The notes beneath the pieces are model-generated. The model saw nothing but the letters and a program-made list of their open reading frames with translations, ran no database searches and was not told where the DNA came from. Below, piece by piece: positions 34,001-49,000 of a DNA stretch of 64,000 nt. The DNA is from Tubiluchus corallicola (Eukaryota > Animalia > Priapulida). The DNA is taken from the NCBI GenBank assembly GCA_030141605.1, contig JAQGDQ010000189.1, forward strand, positions 124,001 through 188,000. Direction: 5' to 3'. How positions within the stretch are numbered: position 1 is the stretch's first letter; each line of letters begins with the position of its first letter. Position numbers and translations under genes: made by a program.

Positions 34001-37000
34001 ATTGCACTCACGAACACTTAAACAACAGAAAGCATTCGAGAATTATCCAATGCAGTGACAACATGAGTTTTTAATAGAATTCAATAAAGTTTTATCATTT
34101 TACTAAATCGATATTAAAGGTGGAGAAAAGGGAATCTTAAAGTAGATGCCAAAGAATTTTCCATATAAAGTTATATTACTTACCACTGCGCTTACCTGTT
34201 TGAAAACTTACATTTTTGAAAAAAAATTAAATGTTCACGCCACCTGGTAGAGCTGCACTGCATCGCTATCCCAATGTGCACCACTGATTCACCAAAAACA
34301 CATTATTGATCCTATTAGCAATAGTTAGTTAGAGCTTTAGTATCTTTGAATAGAGAATTTTAAGGTTTATCCATACGAAGCTAAATTACCTTTACATTAC
34401 GCTTTCTTGTCTGAAGGACTTTTTAACTGGTAGAGGAAATTCTTAATAATTTAAATATTCGCGCCACGTGGTAAAATGTCACAGCATCGCCATCCCAGTG
34501 TGCACCACTGACTCACAAAAAACACATTATTGATCTTAGTGACAAGAGAAAGTAATTTAAACTTTTGCGTAGATAGCAAGGAGTGCGTTACGAATGCTCT
34601 GATTGTTTTTTTCAAATCTTGCGGAATGTTATCTAAACTTGTTTGAAACGACTTACCATTAAAATGGCTGTGTTTAACTGTCATCGGGGAATTTAAATTT
34701 ACTTGTTTTATACAGCGTTACTGCTAATGCAAGCTGTGTATACAATAAGACGGTATGTAAGTGATCTAGAATTGTCCAGACGAGTTTTTTAAACGTATTT
34801 ATGAAATGTATTTGTTGTTTTTTAAGCAGTGACCTTCTTAAATTGGTCAGTGTTGGCATGTTTAATAACATGTTTCAATTTTACTTATATATAATATTTA
34901 TATATAAGTAAAATATATATTTATATACTTATTAATATAATATATTAATAAAATATTTACAGGGCACTGTGCCAAAGTAGAATTTCATATATAAAACAAT
35001 ATATGTATAAAATGAAACAAGCCAGTAATATAAATAAGTTTAAGAAACTTTTAAAAAATATTTTGCTAGAAAATGTAATTTGATAAATGATGTAAGATGT
35101 CAGTTTTTTACCATAATTATACAATTTTATCGTACTAATCAAGTTTTAATCTTTTTACCTTTTTAATTTATTTGCACCTACTTGTGTGTTTATCTTGTAC
35201 TAACCGTATACTATGTATCTTCTACTTTTAGTAGTAATTTTACTTTCTGTACATTTTTTTGCGATATTTTGAATAGACATAAAAGTCTCTTGACTTCAGT
35301 TCATAGATGTATTATAAGTAAATAAATAAAATAATTAATAATATATAGCAAGTTACATGATGATTATTATAAAGCGTTCCAATATCATATCAAATCATTA
35401 TTCGATCATTTCGGATAATAAATTAGATCAATTTCCAGAACTGTAGAATTAGGGACAGGTACAGTAACTCTACTGGCCACTGTCCTCTTTTTCTCTGGTC
35501 ATTACTCCTAGACGTCACAGTTTCATTGCGTAATACACAATTCTAAATTTCTCAGTGCATGTACCTACTACACCTGTAATTTAATTTGACACCTGGAAAT
35601 GTAAACAAACCAGGTGGGGTATCGGCACCTCGTTCACAATTCGCTGCTTTCAAGATTTCATGATAGCGATCCAAGACCTCTGTGTAAGCGTAACTTTCCC
35701 ACACACATCATTTCATACATGACTTACTGTTAATCTCAGAGATTTCAATGGTGAGTCATTCATACACGTCTATTATGCTTTACTTCACAAGAGTAAAGCT
35801 GCCCGTCTCCCGAGATTTGTCCATTACTCTGTGAATTTTTGAATGCGTTTGGGTTAACATTAGATGAAATGGTTTTGCCCAGAAGTTCAGACAAGTAAAA
35901 GCTTTTTGCTACACATCGGACAGCCAGGTAAAGGGAGTGACCACCTACGTTAAAGGAAGACAGGATGATTTTCCATATACTACCCCTTTTTTCAAGCACG
36001 GTGAAAAGTATACATTTTAACACCAATAATACTGCAGAAGCGTTTCTGAAATTTAAATAATTAAGGTTAGAAACTTAAGTAACGGCTGGCGAACCCAACT
36101 GTTGATGACGTCACAAACTAACATAATTCTCAGCAGCAAAAACATTCCATTAGCGTGTTGCAAAACCGAAGATTGAAGTACAGTGCTACTTTAAGAGATT
36201 CGGTGTGTTGTACTAAAACTCGGCAAGTTAAAGGTAAAAATTCAAATTTCAAATTTACTGCTGTCTTCACGCATGAGTTGTCGAACGTGTGCACTGCTTC
36301 ACAAACGAACATCTGTGAAGTGAAAGGTACAGCTTCTGTTTTATGTGCAGCACGTTTCCCAGTAGCTGGCACTGGTGCCCGTCTAACTAACGAATGGCAA
36401 AATGTATGTAAGAGCAAAGAACTAGTGGCGCGAAGACGAAGTTACTTTTTTCTGGTAATAATTCTTTCACGTAAGTCATTCCTGAAAAAAATCGTAATAT
36501 TTTATAGTCAGAGTTTTGTTTTGACCTACAGCTTAGCTCTGGGTCCGGTTTTCCTTTAATTTCCATAGTAGAAATTCATGAACACACGAGTACAAGTCCA
36601 AAAAAGTAAAATTCTTAACATCATTGCTAGTAACGATGCTCTGGCAGAGAATTACGTGGATAAGAGGTCCGATTGAAAAAAACTGACATCCAATAGCTGG
36701 CTGTCATTACCCGATTCAATAATAGTTTCAAATTTTGATGCAGCCTAATAGTGGTGAAATTAAATTTTCAAGAACTGATTAGTAACATTATTAACATGGT
36801 TTCTTGTAAGACGTAGAACATGATTTTATATAATACGTTTAAAATCTGATACAGTTTTGATAAAGACAAAATTGCCTTCAAGAATTGGCTAAAGAGTCAT
36901 TACCTGTGAGATAGTATCTGGCTCACAATAGCTTCAAATTTTCCAGCAGTTTCGATAATGATGAAATTGCAAGAATTGTTAAAGAATTGCTGCTTATAAA

Positions 37001-40000
37001 AGATGTTATCTGCTTCATAATAATAGTTGATTGTGGTTCTAAACTCTGATACAGTTTTGATAGTGGATAGTGGGTGGGTAGCTTCAAAATATGGCTGGTT
37101 TTGCTGCTTGTAAAATGTTATCAAGGCCAAATAATAAGCCTTTTCGCCGTTTCGTTGTGCGCAGTTGCTGTAGGTCAAAAGTTAAGTGCGCCACAGTAAG
37201 GCGTCCTAACTGCAACCGTCACGTGTTCATGTGTGTAAAGTAAAGCTGTCTGCCGCGGTAGTTCATTCACGTCACCTTTATTTCTAACCGTAGCTGATTG
37301 GTTTTATTTATTCGTCGGTGTCACAAGCTCTTGAAACTTGTAGTTGTGTGCTTTTAAAATAAATGTTTATCTTATCCGTTGTTTTACGTGGACTTTACGT
37401 AATTGTGCATTAGCCTGTGCGTGCAGTTATTTACTAACAGTATATTGCTAGGGAACAAGAAAAAAAGGAACTAACAAATAGGCGCCGCACCGTGATAAGC
37501 ATGATCATAAACTGCAGCGTTCGTCTGTGACGTCAGTGTAACGTGGAGCTCATTTTCGTGACATTACACCAGCATCTTTTATCAATCTTTTCTTATGCAA
37601 ACGTGCTTGATGCGCAGAGAAGATGCCTACCATTGCGCATACTGTGTGGTTAGTTTGTGAGGTAATCTGTAGCTGTGTTTGGTTGCCGTTAATTAACTTT
37701 CGAAGGCAATTCAAATGTATAGGAAACAATTGCTAACTTTTTAGGTAAGAAAATGTCTATTTTGGACAGTAAATTAAAGTGAGATTGAGTCTAAACAATC
37801 GTCCTGTTTTCCTCTAACGTACGTGACTGCGTTTGCCACTCTTTTATGTGTAGCATAATTATATAAATGCCTTTGTTTCCGACTGTCGGATTTCAAACTC
37901 TTATTTTTTTCTCTGCGTGTATTCCTGCAGTTGCGTAATCCAAGATAATGAACAAGTTGATTTAGGGCTGACATAAGTGCTGTTAGCCTCTTATGCAGCT
38001 TATAGGTGATGTAACGCGCTTAAAACGTTACGTAACATGATTTTCTGACAGCTGCTGTGCCTCACTGTTTAAGAATGTGAGTTGCTTTGTTTTTCTTTGT
38101 TTATCTGTGTGTTTATTTATTCATTTGTTTACTTTAAATGGTTAGCTTGCTGAGTAATTCGTAGTCGGTCGCCTGGTTGGTTGGTTGGTTTCGTCTTGAT
38201 CAGGTTTCGTCATCATATTCAACTATTACTGCTGCGTTTTGCTGTTTCCAGTGGAAGTTTCATTGTTTAAAATGTTTCCATTTGGAGCATTTATACGTAC
38301 CAGACGGTTTAGTCTTGTGGTAACGACTCCGCTTTCCATCTGGGAGATCGTGAGTTCGATACTGCGGCCAAGTCATACCAAAGATTTTAAAAATGGTACC
38401 TGCTGTTGCCCTGCCTGGCGCGTGGTATTTAGGATAAAAGTGGGGTAATAATAGTCTCTGCTATGTAGTTGTAGGTTGTTATTTACAGTCGGCGATAATA
38501 GCTCTTGGAGCTAATGTTAATTGTTGACCCAAAAGCCGACTTTAAGTATTATTATTGTTGTTGTTGTTTTTATAAAAAGTAAAAAAACAGCTTGACTTCT
38601 CTGATACAAAGGTTTCATTATTTGTTTGTTTCTTGTTTTCATATTTTCCATCCTAATGTTTGAATTGTTTACGTGGAATTTGTTTAAAGTTTGCATGAGT
38701 TTGAGTTTGAATTTTGAAAATTACATATTATGTTCTTCTTCTTGTGTGAAATTACAGTCTAATATAAGCTTCATTTCTTTTTAAATTTGTTTGTAAACGC
38801 TTATGCGTCTTTGTTTACTTTCTTTCGTGTGACGATGTCATTAAAAATCAACAAAGGAACCTGAATTAAAACTTCTCGGCACCTTTTACTTCGTATAAAA
38901 CACTTGCATGTTGCTTAACTTTCCACTCTATTGCCTAGATTTGTTTGACAAAACTTTACTCTGTTCTTCATGAAAGCGCAGGACAGTGGCGTAGCCAGTA
39001 AGGGGGCGCAAACGGAACAACTGTTTCAGTATTGACGCCTTTTCAACAATTTTTTTGTTTAATTTCATCAGTTGTAGTTCGTTCGTGTTACGTTTTTCAC
39101 AATGGTTCGTGTTGTTTCCATTTTATGTTTAAAAATTAAAATAATTGAGTTAACGCGTGTTTTGAGATTTGTGAACTTGCTGTAAAATTTAGCTTCAAAT
39201 AGTTTAGCTTTAAAATTAATTTTAAATACAAAATAACAATTATGTACTTATCTTAAAGTTGTATTTTCTTCGTATTTTGATTTCAAACAGAAAATTAGAT
39301 GTACAATGAATGCGTTAAAAATTGTTTGATACGTGTCACGGCACTTTTTATGTGCTTGCTCCCCTAACTTTAGAACCTGGCTACGTCCCTGTCACGGCAC
39401 TTTTTTATGTGCTTGCTCCCCTAACTTTAGAACCTGGCTACGTCCCTGTCACGGCACTTTTTTATGTTCTTACTCCCCCTAACTTTAGAACCTGGCTACG
39501 TCCCTGTCACGGCACTTTTTTATGTTCTTGCTCCCCCTAACTTTGGAACCTGGCTACGCCCCAGGGGCAGGCGAACGATTTAATGAATGGGCGAAGTTGA
39601 ACTTATTGTGCCTCTGTCAATACGTGTTCTTTGTGACCAATATGGCTACTTTCTGCTTGGCATGCTTGACTAGAGGCCCCATCACTCTCCTGCCGCCGGC
39701 CTGTCAAGTGTTGATGAACTTTATCGAGTCGTCTTTAGTGTACATGTAAGAAAAACTGACGCTGGTTTGTTGGTGTTGAAACATCCCTACATGTGTGGTC
39801 ATTTTGTACTGGAAAAGCTTAGTAGTAATTGCTTGTCAAAAGCTGGTTATCCACTCAGTTTTAGCCTTTTTTAATCCTCAATTTAGGCGGGTTTAAGATG
39901 CACTAACTTAACGACTCTTGCCCAAACCACTAGCCAGTGGGGGGGGGGGGAGAGCACTCTGTCAGAAAGTGATTTCAAGCAAGCAAACTTTCTGACTTAA

Positions 40001-43000
40001 AATTAAGACAGGATGATTTTTCGTATACTAATAAGATAATTGATATTGCAAATGTGTTTCTGATAATTGAATGATAGATTAAAAACTTAATTAACGGCCG
40101 GCGAGCCCAACTATTGATGACATCACAAACTAACATAATTTTCAACAGAAAAATGTTCCATGAGCGTGTTGCACATGTTTGTGAAAGGGAAAATTGAAGT
40201 ACAACACTACTGTGAGATATTCAGTGTGTTGTACTAAAACTAGGCAAGTTTTAAGATAAAAATATTCCGTGACTGTGTTACACGTGTTTGCGAATGAGAA
40301 AGATGCAGTGTGGAAATGATTAAATTCTTGAATAAACTTTTGAAACCCTTGAAAATTGAAGTACAGTGCTACTGTAAGATATTCAGTGTGTTGTACTAAA
40401 ACTAAGCAAGTTTTTTAAGATTAAAATTACAGGGTGTATTGCACAGCCTTTTTAAAAGCATGTCTTAATGCCTCGCAAACTTTTAAAACGCAGAAGTTAC
40501 TATTTAGTTATTAATCAGCCTACATGTATTCCATATTATGCACTAAGAATTTTCACAGTTCCAACGATTGATGGTGATTGTGAAAAGGTCAAAGCTTAAG
40601 TGCACCAGACAAGCGTTTATGTACAATTGACAACGCCTCGCAGTCCATGCTGTTGTAATAGTAAGAGTTTTAACAGCTAGCTAGAACTTTACCTAGTTCA
40701 TTTTTTTCTGTTCCCAAGCAAGATCCTGCTAGTAAATCACTTTACACATAGACTAATGCACAATTAAGTAAAGTCCACGTAAAACTGAAGTTACTGAACT
40801 GATGCAGTAGATGGCTTTGCTGAATTGTAGTTAACACGCATTGCTGTGGTACACTTAACCTTTGACCTACAGCAAACTGCGCATGCGCACAACGAAACTG
40901 TGAAAACGCTTAAACAGACAATGGTTATTAAGCAAACGATGTTTTCATTTCAGAAATCAACAAAGTTCGGCTCAGTTTATTTCACCTGAACGGCTCGGCA
41001 AATCAGGTTCCTCCGTTACCTGAAGCTAAAGGACCGGTCATCAGTTTGTCCGAGAAGGTCTTCGTGCCCGTCAGAGAACACCCAGACGTGAGTATTGGGG
41101 CCGTTGAAATGCGGACTGGGGCAGTGGGGCTATTCATAAACGGGGTGTGAATTTCACAGTATTGGGGCCGTTGAAATGCGGACTGGGGCAGTGGGGCTAT
41201 TCATAAACGGGGTGTGAATTTCACAGGTGAAACAGAAGCTGTAAAAAGACAAAGAAAAATATCATTAGAGATGGTATTAGACTACATCCTCACAGTAGTT
41301 GCAAAACAGTGGTGTTAGCTTAATCAAGCTATCTTAATTTTACATACTATTAACAAATAATAGTCTTTCTATCTTTTATATCATCCCATATATGAGCTTC
41401 ATTCATTACATCATTCCATTTTAACCACTAATGTTTTTTTATCACGATTCAGTTTAAATTCTCAGATTATTTCCATTATTTTTTTTCTGTCACTGTGTGG
41501 GACAATCTAACAAGCCCTGCTTTTTGATTGTCCGCAACACATTTACCTTCGTATATTAGTGAACAGTGTTTGAGGCTTTTCCTGTGCAGTATTTCTCATT
41601 TGTATTATGTTCATTGTAGGCCCTTTCACTAGATATTGTACATGAAACTTTTGTAAATGTGTAATGTGAAATAAATGACTAAATGACTATTTTATAACAA
41701 AATGTCATAAATGTTTTGTGCTGGAGAAATCGTCTAACTTTACCAGCAAATAATTTATCTACGTAAATGATTACGTAAATTATACATTTGCTTTGAAACT
41801 ATTTTATTTTCTGAGTTCTAATGCCGATCTTTTAAAATTTACATGCATAAGAATTGCCCAACCCAGGTGTCAGGTAATGAAACAGAAGATTAAAATTTTG
41901 GTGAAAGGCGTGCCATTTCAGTCAGAAAAAATGGGTCGAGTACGACTTTTGTTTTAAGAACAGTTGCCAAACTAAAACAACAAATTTTGACGTGTAATCT
42001 AAATTGCGAAAGTCGCTGGTTCAAATACAGGCGCAATAACAATTCTCAGTTTTTGTGTGTTTGCCATTTCGGAGCAATAAGTAAAAAAAATTGTTTTTTT
42101 TTCACAAATTTGTTGACTAATTTGCTGGAGATATGGATTATTTTTGTTCAGTACAGTAGCGCTATCCTTTGGTTTAAATAATATTTTATTAAACATTACA
42201 ATCATAACTACATATATATATATATATATATATAATAATCTTTATTTGCCATTAAAATACAATGATAATCACTGAATAAAAACTTTACAGAGAGGATCAA
42301 TCAGTGTTAGTTAATAAAAATTTACACTGCTAAAGGCACTTATAATAAGCACATTGGGCAATTAATCAAACGCTGAGCAGGTATAACCTATATAAAAGCT
42401 TTTCAAAGAGTAGATACGTCATTTATAAGTTCCATAGGCACACGATTATAGAAATTGTTAGTTATTCTACAGGTCAGAATGAGATTAAGCAAGTTACGTA
42501 ACTTGTTTGTTGAATAGCAGGTGTGCGAAATGGTGTTACAAGTTGATTATGACGTGTTTGATGTTGATGTTAAGCTACAAAAATAGAACGAGTGATGAAG
42601 AAGCTAATGAAAGAAAGATGAAAGTGTTGGGTTCACGGGAACGCAAAAATATAAATAATTTGCCCTGTAAGGTAGAATTCAGAGATTTTAATATACTATA
42701 GATTTAATTTTATTAATTTCAAAACCCACTTTGTATAAAGTGCATTTATACTAGAGAGTGGTATTATGGATATGATTTGGAGTGAGTGCATTTATACTAG
42801 AGAGTGGTATTATGGATATGATTTGGAGTGAGTGCATTTATACTAGAGAGTGGTATTATGGATATGATTTGGAGTGAGTGCATTTATACTAGAGAGTAGT
42901 ATTATGGATATGATTTGGAGTGAGTGCATTTATACTAGAGATATCCTTTCATCTGGTCCAGGCTGTACTATCTACTAATGGCATTTTCGGGTCAGTTCAA

Positions 43001-46000
43001 CGGTTTTCCAGAAGCCATCAAATGAAACCGGATATCCTGTGCTGAAGCCCTTTAATTTGAAGTGCTGCTGCTGCTTTTCGTGTTCGGAGTCTCTGAAACT
43101 AAATAAAATTCGCCTCCGCTTTGATTTGGGAAACCAATTTGCTGGATTTAGCCCCTCCGTGTGTTAACCCGTGTTAGTTTGTTTAACTTATGTTTTAAAG
43201 TTTTCCTTGAGGCTGCCAGGCACTGTTGGTTTTACCGTAATGTATTTATGTAAGTCTGCAAGTGAAATGTGGACGTGTTCACCTTTACACTGTTCTAATG
43301 TCAGAGCAACAGGCGTACAACTTGTCTCTAAATATTTATGCCAATCTGGTGCTTATTTTATTTAGCGTGATCATAATTCACTTTACTTTGTAGAAAATCA
43401 CACGGTATCGTGTTTTCATATTTTTTGTCATATGTTTGCTTGTTTTTGTCTATCGTATGTTTTCATGTTTTTATCATGTTTGTGTGTTTCTTGTCATATG
43501 TTTCTTTATCGTATGTTTGCGTGTTTCTTATAATGTTTCATGTTTTTATCATATGTTTGTGTATTTTTTATCATGTTTCTTTATCATATGTTTGCGTGTT
43601 TCTTATAATGTTTCATGTTTGTGTCATATGTTTTCGTGTTTTTATCATATGTTTGCATGTTTCTTATCGTATGTTTCTTATTTTTGACATATGTTTGCAT
43701 GTTTTTATTATATGTTTTCATGTTTTTGTCATATGTTTGCATGTTTCTTATCATATGTTTCTTACTTTTGACATATGTTTCCATGTTTTTATCATACGTT
43801 TTCATATTTTTATCATATGTTTGCATGTTTCTTATCATATGTTTCATGTTTTTGTCTCATGTTTTCATGGTTTATCATATGTTTTCATGTTTTTATCATA
43901 TGTTTGCGTGTTTCTTATCATATGTTTTGTGTTTTTGTCACATGTTTTCATGGTTTTATCATATGTTTCGTGTTCTTATCATATGTTTTCATGTTTTTAT
44001 CATATGTTTTCATGTTTCTTATCACATGTTTTATGTTTTTATCACGTTTGCAGTCTCAGTGAATACTATGTTTAGACCTATGTTTATAATATTAGACATT
44101 TGGATGTTCCCGAACTCTCACGAATAATTAGGAAATAATGCAAAAGAAAAATTACTTACATATGTAACAAAAGTTGCAAAATGAAGAAAGACTTTTTCAT
44201 TGTTGTGTAATGATTTTGTTATCTGTCAATGGAGAATATAGTAAAGCTTTACACTTCCAAACACTCTCTTTTTCCCGTACAAAGTAACCACTAATACTGC
44301 CTATTGAGAAATTTCACTACTTTCTGTTCTAGTTCAACTTTGTGGGCAGAATCCTCGGTCCCAGAGGCATGACAGCGAAGCAGCTAGAACAAGACACCGG
44401 CTGCAAGATCATGGTACGAGGTAAAGGTTCCATGAGAGATAAAAAGAAGGTAAGGACCTCCGTAGTTCTTATTACACAAATGAGATGTATTACTCGAGAA
44501 CAGTGGTAGCGACTCGTAGCTAAAATTAGTGCAAATGCTGCTTCTGAAATTTTTTAGCTATTGTTTTAATACTGTGTAAAATGAAACTAACATACGTCAT
44601 TTTAATGTTTGTATTTTGTATTTTTAAACAAACAAACACGAAAGTTTATACATGATAAAATCCTGAACAACAATACTAATAGTGTAAATTGTTGCAGTTT
44701 AAGCTTGATACATTCACTGTAAGCACATGACAACTGTCAACAAACTGTGTGAGTGGCAGTACTTTTTCTACCTGGGTTCAGACATGTGCACATAGCCTTA
44801 TGCGCACAACAGCCAAACACCGCATTGCTGGAAGCGCAGTGTGCTGGGCTGTGAAGCAAACAGTACTACCTTCATGTGCTCTGGTTCTTTACAAATAAAA
44901 GAAAGAACTAAAGAAAAGAAACTTATTATATTGAATATTATCGATAATATTGAGTAAAAATAGTGGGTACTGCAGTACCACAGTAGCTATACACGAGCTG
45001 CCACTCCTCGAGACATTTAAGCAAATTTAAGCAGTTCTCGGCATCAACCATCTCAAATTTTTCACTATTCGCTTACAGAATTTTATTAGTAAAGAAAATC
45101 TTTATAGGATTAGCCCAATTCCTAGCTAACATAATTAAAATTAAGCTCCCGCTCCAGTAAAACGAGTTTTGGCAAAATTCGTACTTTTTCTTTCGTGCTC
45201 GACTTAAGCACGCTCATTTTAAAACTTAAACATGATCAGTGGAAACTCATTTAATACTTAAACCCTGCAACTTTCTTAACATTTCCAAGAGAATGACTGA
45301 CCGTTGTTGCTATTCACTGTCCCTCTTGTGTCATTTCACTCTGTTGTTAAAAAACTCATGAGTTTACGGCTTTCTAGCCATTATGTATGTATATTTTCGA
45401 GAATGGATGAGTATTTATTACTAACCAGCTTATAACTGTTTATAGTGTGCTAATGAATAGGCATTTCCTTACAACTTATGCTTATGATTTCTGTGTGAGC
45501 TATTTGCCGTGTGTAGAAAATTAACTCATTTATTTACAATATTGTTTTCAAGAAATTATAGAAAATGGTTAATGTTCTTTTAAAAAACATATATAAACCG
45601 AGTTTTTAACTTGTTGTAACTGTTTGTTATCCGTGTTTCATATTGCTAGGTATTTTATTTGTTCACGTCTTTGAATCTGCTAATTGTATCCTACAGGAGG
45701 AAATGAATAAGGGGAAGGCAAACTGGGAGCACTTGAACGAGGAGCTACATGTTCTGATAACCGTAGAAGACACACAGGAGAGAGCCGTTGTCAAACTCAA
45801 ACGAGCCGTGGAGTGCATAAACCAACTGCTAGTACCAGCAGTAAGTACAACATAGCATTGTTAAGCAAAGTTGTAAATGTAGCTACTGCTAGTTTTAGCA
45901 GTAAGTACAACATAGCATTGTCAAGCGAAGTCGTAAACGTAGCTACTGCTAATTTCAACAGTAAGTATAACGTAGCATTGTTAAGCAAAGTCGTAAACGT

Positions 46001-49000
46001 AGTTACTGCTAGTTTCAGCAGTAATTACAACATATCAATGTTAAGCGAAGTCGTAAACGTAGCTACTGCTAGTTTCAGCAGTAAGTACAACGTAGCAATG
46101 TTAAGCGAAGTCGTAAACGTAGCTACTGCTAGTTTCAGCAGTAAGTACAACGTAGCAATGTTAAGCGAAGTCGTAAACGTAGCTACTGCTAGTTTCAGCA
46201 GTAAGTACAACGTAGCATTGTCAAGCGAAGTCGTAAACGTAGCTACTGCTAGTTTCAGCAGTAAGTACAACATAGCATTGTAAAGCGAAGTCGTAAACGT
46301 AGCTACTGCTAGTTTCAGCAGTAAGTACAACATAGCATTGTTAAGCGAAGTCGTAAACGTAGCTTCTGCTAGTTTCAGCAGTAAGTACAACGTAGCATTG
46401 TCAAGCGAAGTCGTAGACGTAGCTACTGCTAGTTTCAGCAGTAAGTACAACGTAGCATTGTTAAGCGAAGTCGTAAACGTAGCTTCTGCTAGTTTCAGCA
46501 GTAAGTACAACGTAGCATTGTTAAGCGAAGTCGCAAAAGTAGCTACTGCTAGTTTCAGCAGTAAATACAACGTAGCATTGTCAAGCGAAGTCGTAAACGT
46601 AGTTACTGCTAGTTTCAGCAGTAAGTACAACGTGGCATTGTTAAATGGCAAACTTAATTACTGCTGTAAAATTAACAATTGTATGACTTCATTAAATGAT
46701 CATAGATGTAAAACAATTTCCCAGTTGCAAGAAAGGTGTTGGAGTCGAACCAGCGAAGCATTAGCTTCATTATAGAAACTGCTTATTTGTTTTTTATCCT
46801 GTTTTGTGATGAAATGAAGATGTTCTTGTGACTATCCTTGTTCTGCATTAAAATTTGCATCTTGTTCTGCATCTACATAGAGGTGGCTGACTCGATGACC
46901 TCCTGGTCTTTCGCCACCCCATCTCTACATACTTTACACAATTTGTTGTATTTGCGCTATAAATATTATATTAGAGATGAATAAAACCTTTGAATTGAAT
47001 TGAATTGAATTGAAAAATTTGAATCTTCACCAGCAAATGGGTGAACATTTTTAATGTTTTACATCGTTGAGGAGGGAAATAATCGGTTGAATTATGATTC
47101 GTTGCCAAATTAGTTCTCATTGTTAATTAAGGTTTATAATAATTTAATCACTTCCTTTCCTATGTTTTGTTCAAGCCGTTATCAGGAAGCACACTTATTG
47201 CCATTTAAATAATACTTCATCTCCACTTTCTCTTCCATAACTTGCGATTGATTAATGATCTTGCTTAGATTTCGTAGTTTTGGGTCGAGCAGGCATGAAT
47301 GCGTCGTTTGTCACCTGTGGTTCCGCTTGCCTGTCCGAGCAAAACCCACCTATCGTTAGGTCACCAGTGTTGTGAAACACTGCTGGATTCTGGGTCACAC
47401 ACTTTGTCCACGCCCACGGTAGCTTGTAATTGGGATGTTGGAATATTTGCCGATTACTTTTCCCTCTGCGTAGGGAAACCCATCCAACCTTTCCAGTTTT
47501 TGCCATAGACATGGACATAGAACATTTATTTTCTCCAATAAGTTTAACATCAAAAGTTTTTTAAATATTAAGTAATTATAATCATGGAGCAGGGCAGAGA
47601 AGGACCATAGGGTCATCTAGTCTCCTGCCCTTTCTTATAAATAGATTAGTATATTAAAAATTAACCGTGATGCTGCAGATCAAACAAAAACAAGTAAGAA
47701 AAAAATAATAATAAAAACAGCATAAATGATACAAATTATCAAAAAAGAACTGAAAACAAAAAATAATAAAGTTAGGTACGTAAATCTAAACAAAACAATA
47801 CAATTATTCAGTAATCAGGATTATCATATGTAGTAGTTTCAAATGGGGTCTTATTAACAGGCGAATTTGACCAAGGTTAGTGAGTAAAGTTAAAAAACTG
47901 AGAGTATGGAAAGATGTGGAAAAAAGTGTAATATAGAAAAATTTATGAGAAAAAGTGAGTATGAGAAAGAGCAACAATTGCTTAGGAGATGAGGAGAAAA
48001 AAGAAAAAAAAACTTGCTAGCTTGCTTATTAGTTTTACAAGTTATTGCCAACTTGACAATTCATTTTTTTATATTTATTTATTATTATTATCACATTCAG
48101 TACAAAGTAATGACATTAAGCACACAGTGATATCGAAATTATCACATCTACTGTATCAAATTGTTGTTTCATATACTTTCTTTATCAGAATAATTTTATA
48201 CACTTAAAAGAATAATTGTACTGCAGTGGGCTAGAGAAGCAAAGACTTGTATAAGCCCACTGTCATGTGAACCCGATAAAAAAAGAATGGATGAGTGAAC
48301 AAAAAAAGAGAACTGGGAGAAATGTTAGATCACACAGGCAGGGTAGAAGGATGTGTTAGTGGAAATGGTAGGAAGAAAGATAATACATTCATGGGCAATT
48401 GTTATGCCAGCCGTTAAATGGAGACGTTCTATTATAAATTCCCCGTGTAGGTTTGAGCGATGTTTCGCCTCGGGTTGGGATACCAAACTATACTTATAAA
48501 ACGATTTGTTAAATAGTAATAAAAGGATGAGGTTTTGCCCCGCGGAAACGAAGTTGGCGAATGATTAAGATTAATTAGCGCTTGTCGCAGGAGAGTCTAC
48601 TAACTTGTGAATTTCATGCTGTAGCTGCAGGTTTAATCTAAGACGTGGAATTTTTATTTTTCATCATGTGGCGTAGTAAAGTTTATGAATGTTGAAAAAT
48701 GACAGTTATGACGACAGTCTGTTTATTTTCTTATTGTAGTTTGTGTCAGTTTCCTGTTTCATGAATCGTTTCTCTTCGAATATCTTTAGCCGTCTGTCAC
48801 CTGTTTAAAAAATAGTATTTTGTTCAGTAAGCCTTTTCACAGCTCCAGTGATTGATGATGATCGTGAAAAAGGTCAAAGGTTAAGCGTACCACACAAGCA
48901 TTTGGGTACACTTGACAACGCTTCGCAGCCCATGCTGTTGTAATAGTAACGATTTCAACAGCTAGCTGGAACCTTGCCTAGTTCATTTTTTCTTGTTCTC

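Noticed and set aside
43410-44127. Hydrophobic 170-221 aa ORFs resembling membrane proteins
   Set aside because: T-rich minisatellite open in several frames; no domain or codon signal.
45797-46775. ORFs of 145-208 aa with 20-aa repeats on both strands
   Set aside because: Products of the 60-bp array; the QKI reading frame stops at 45853-45855.
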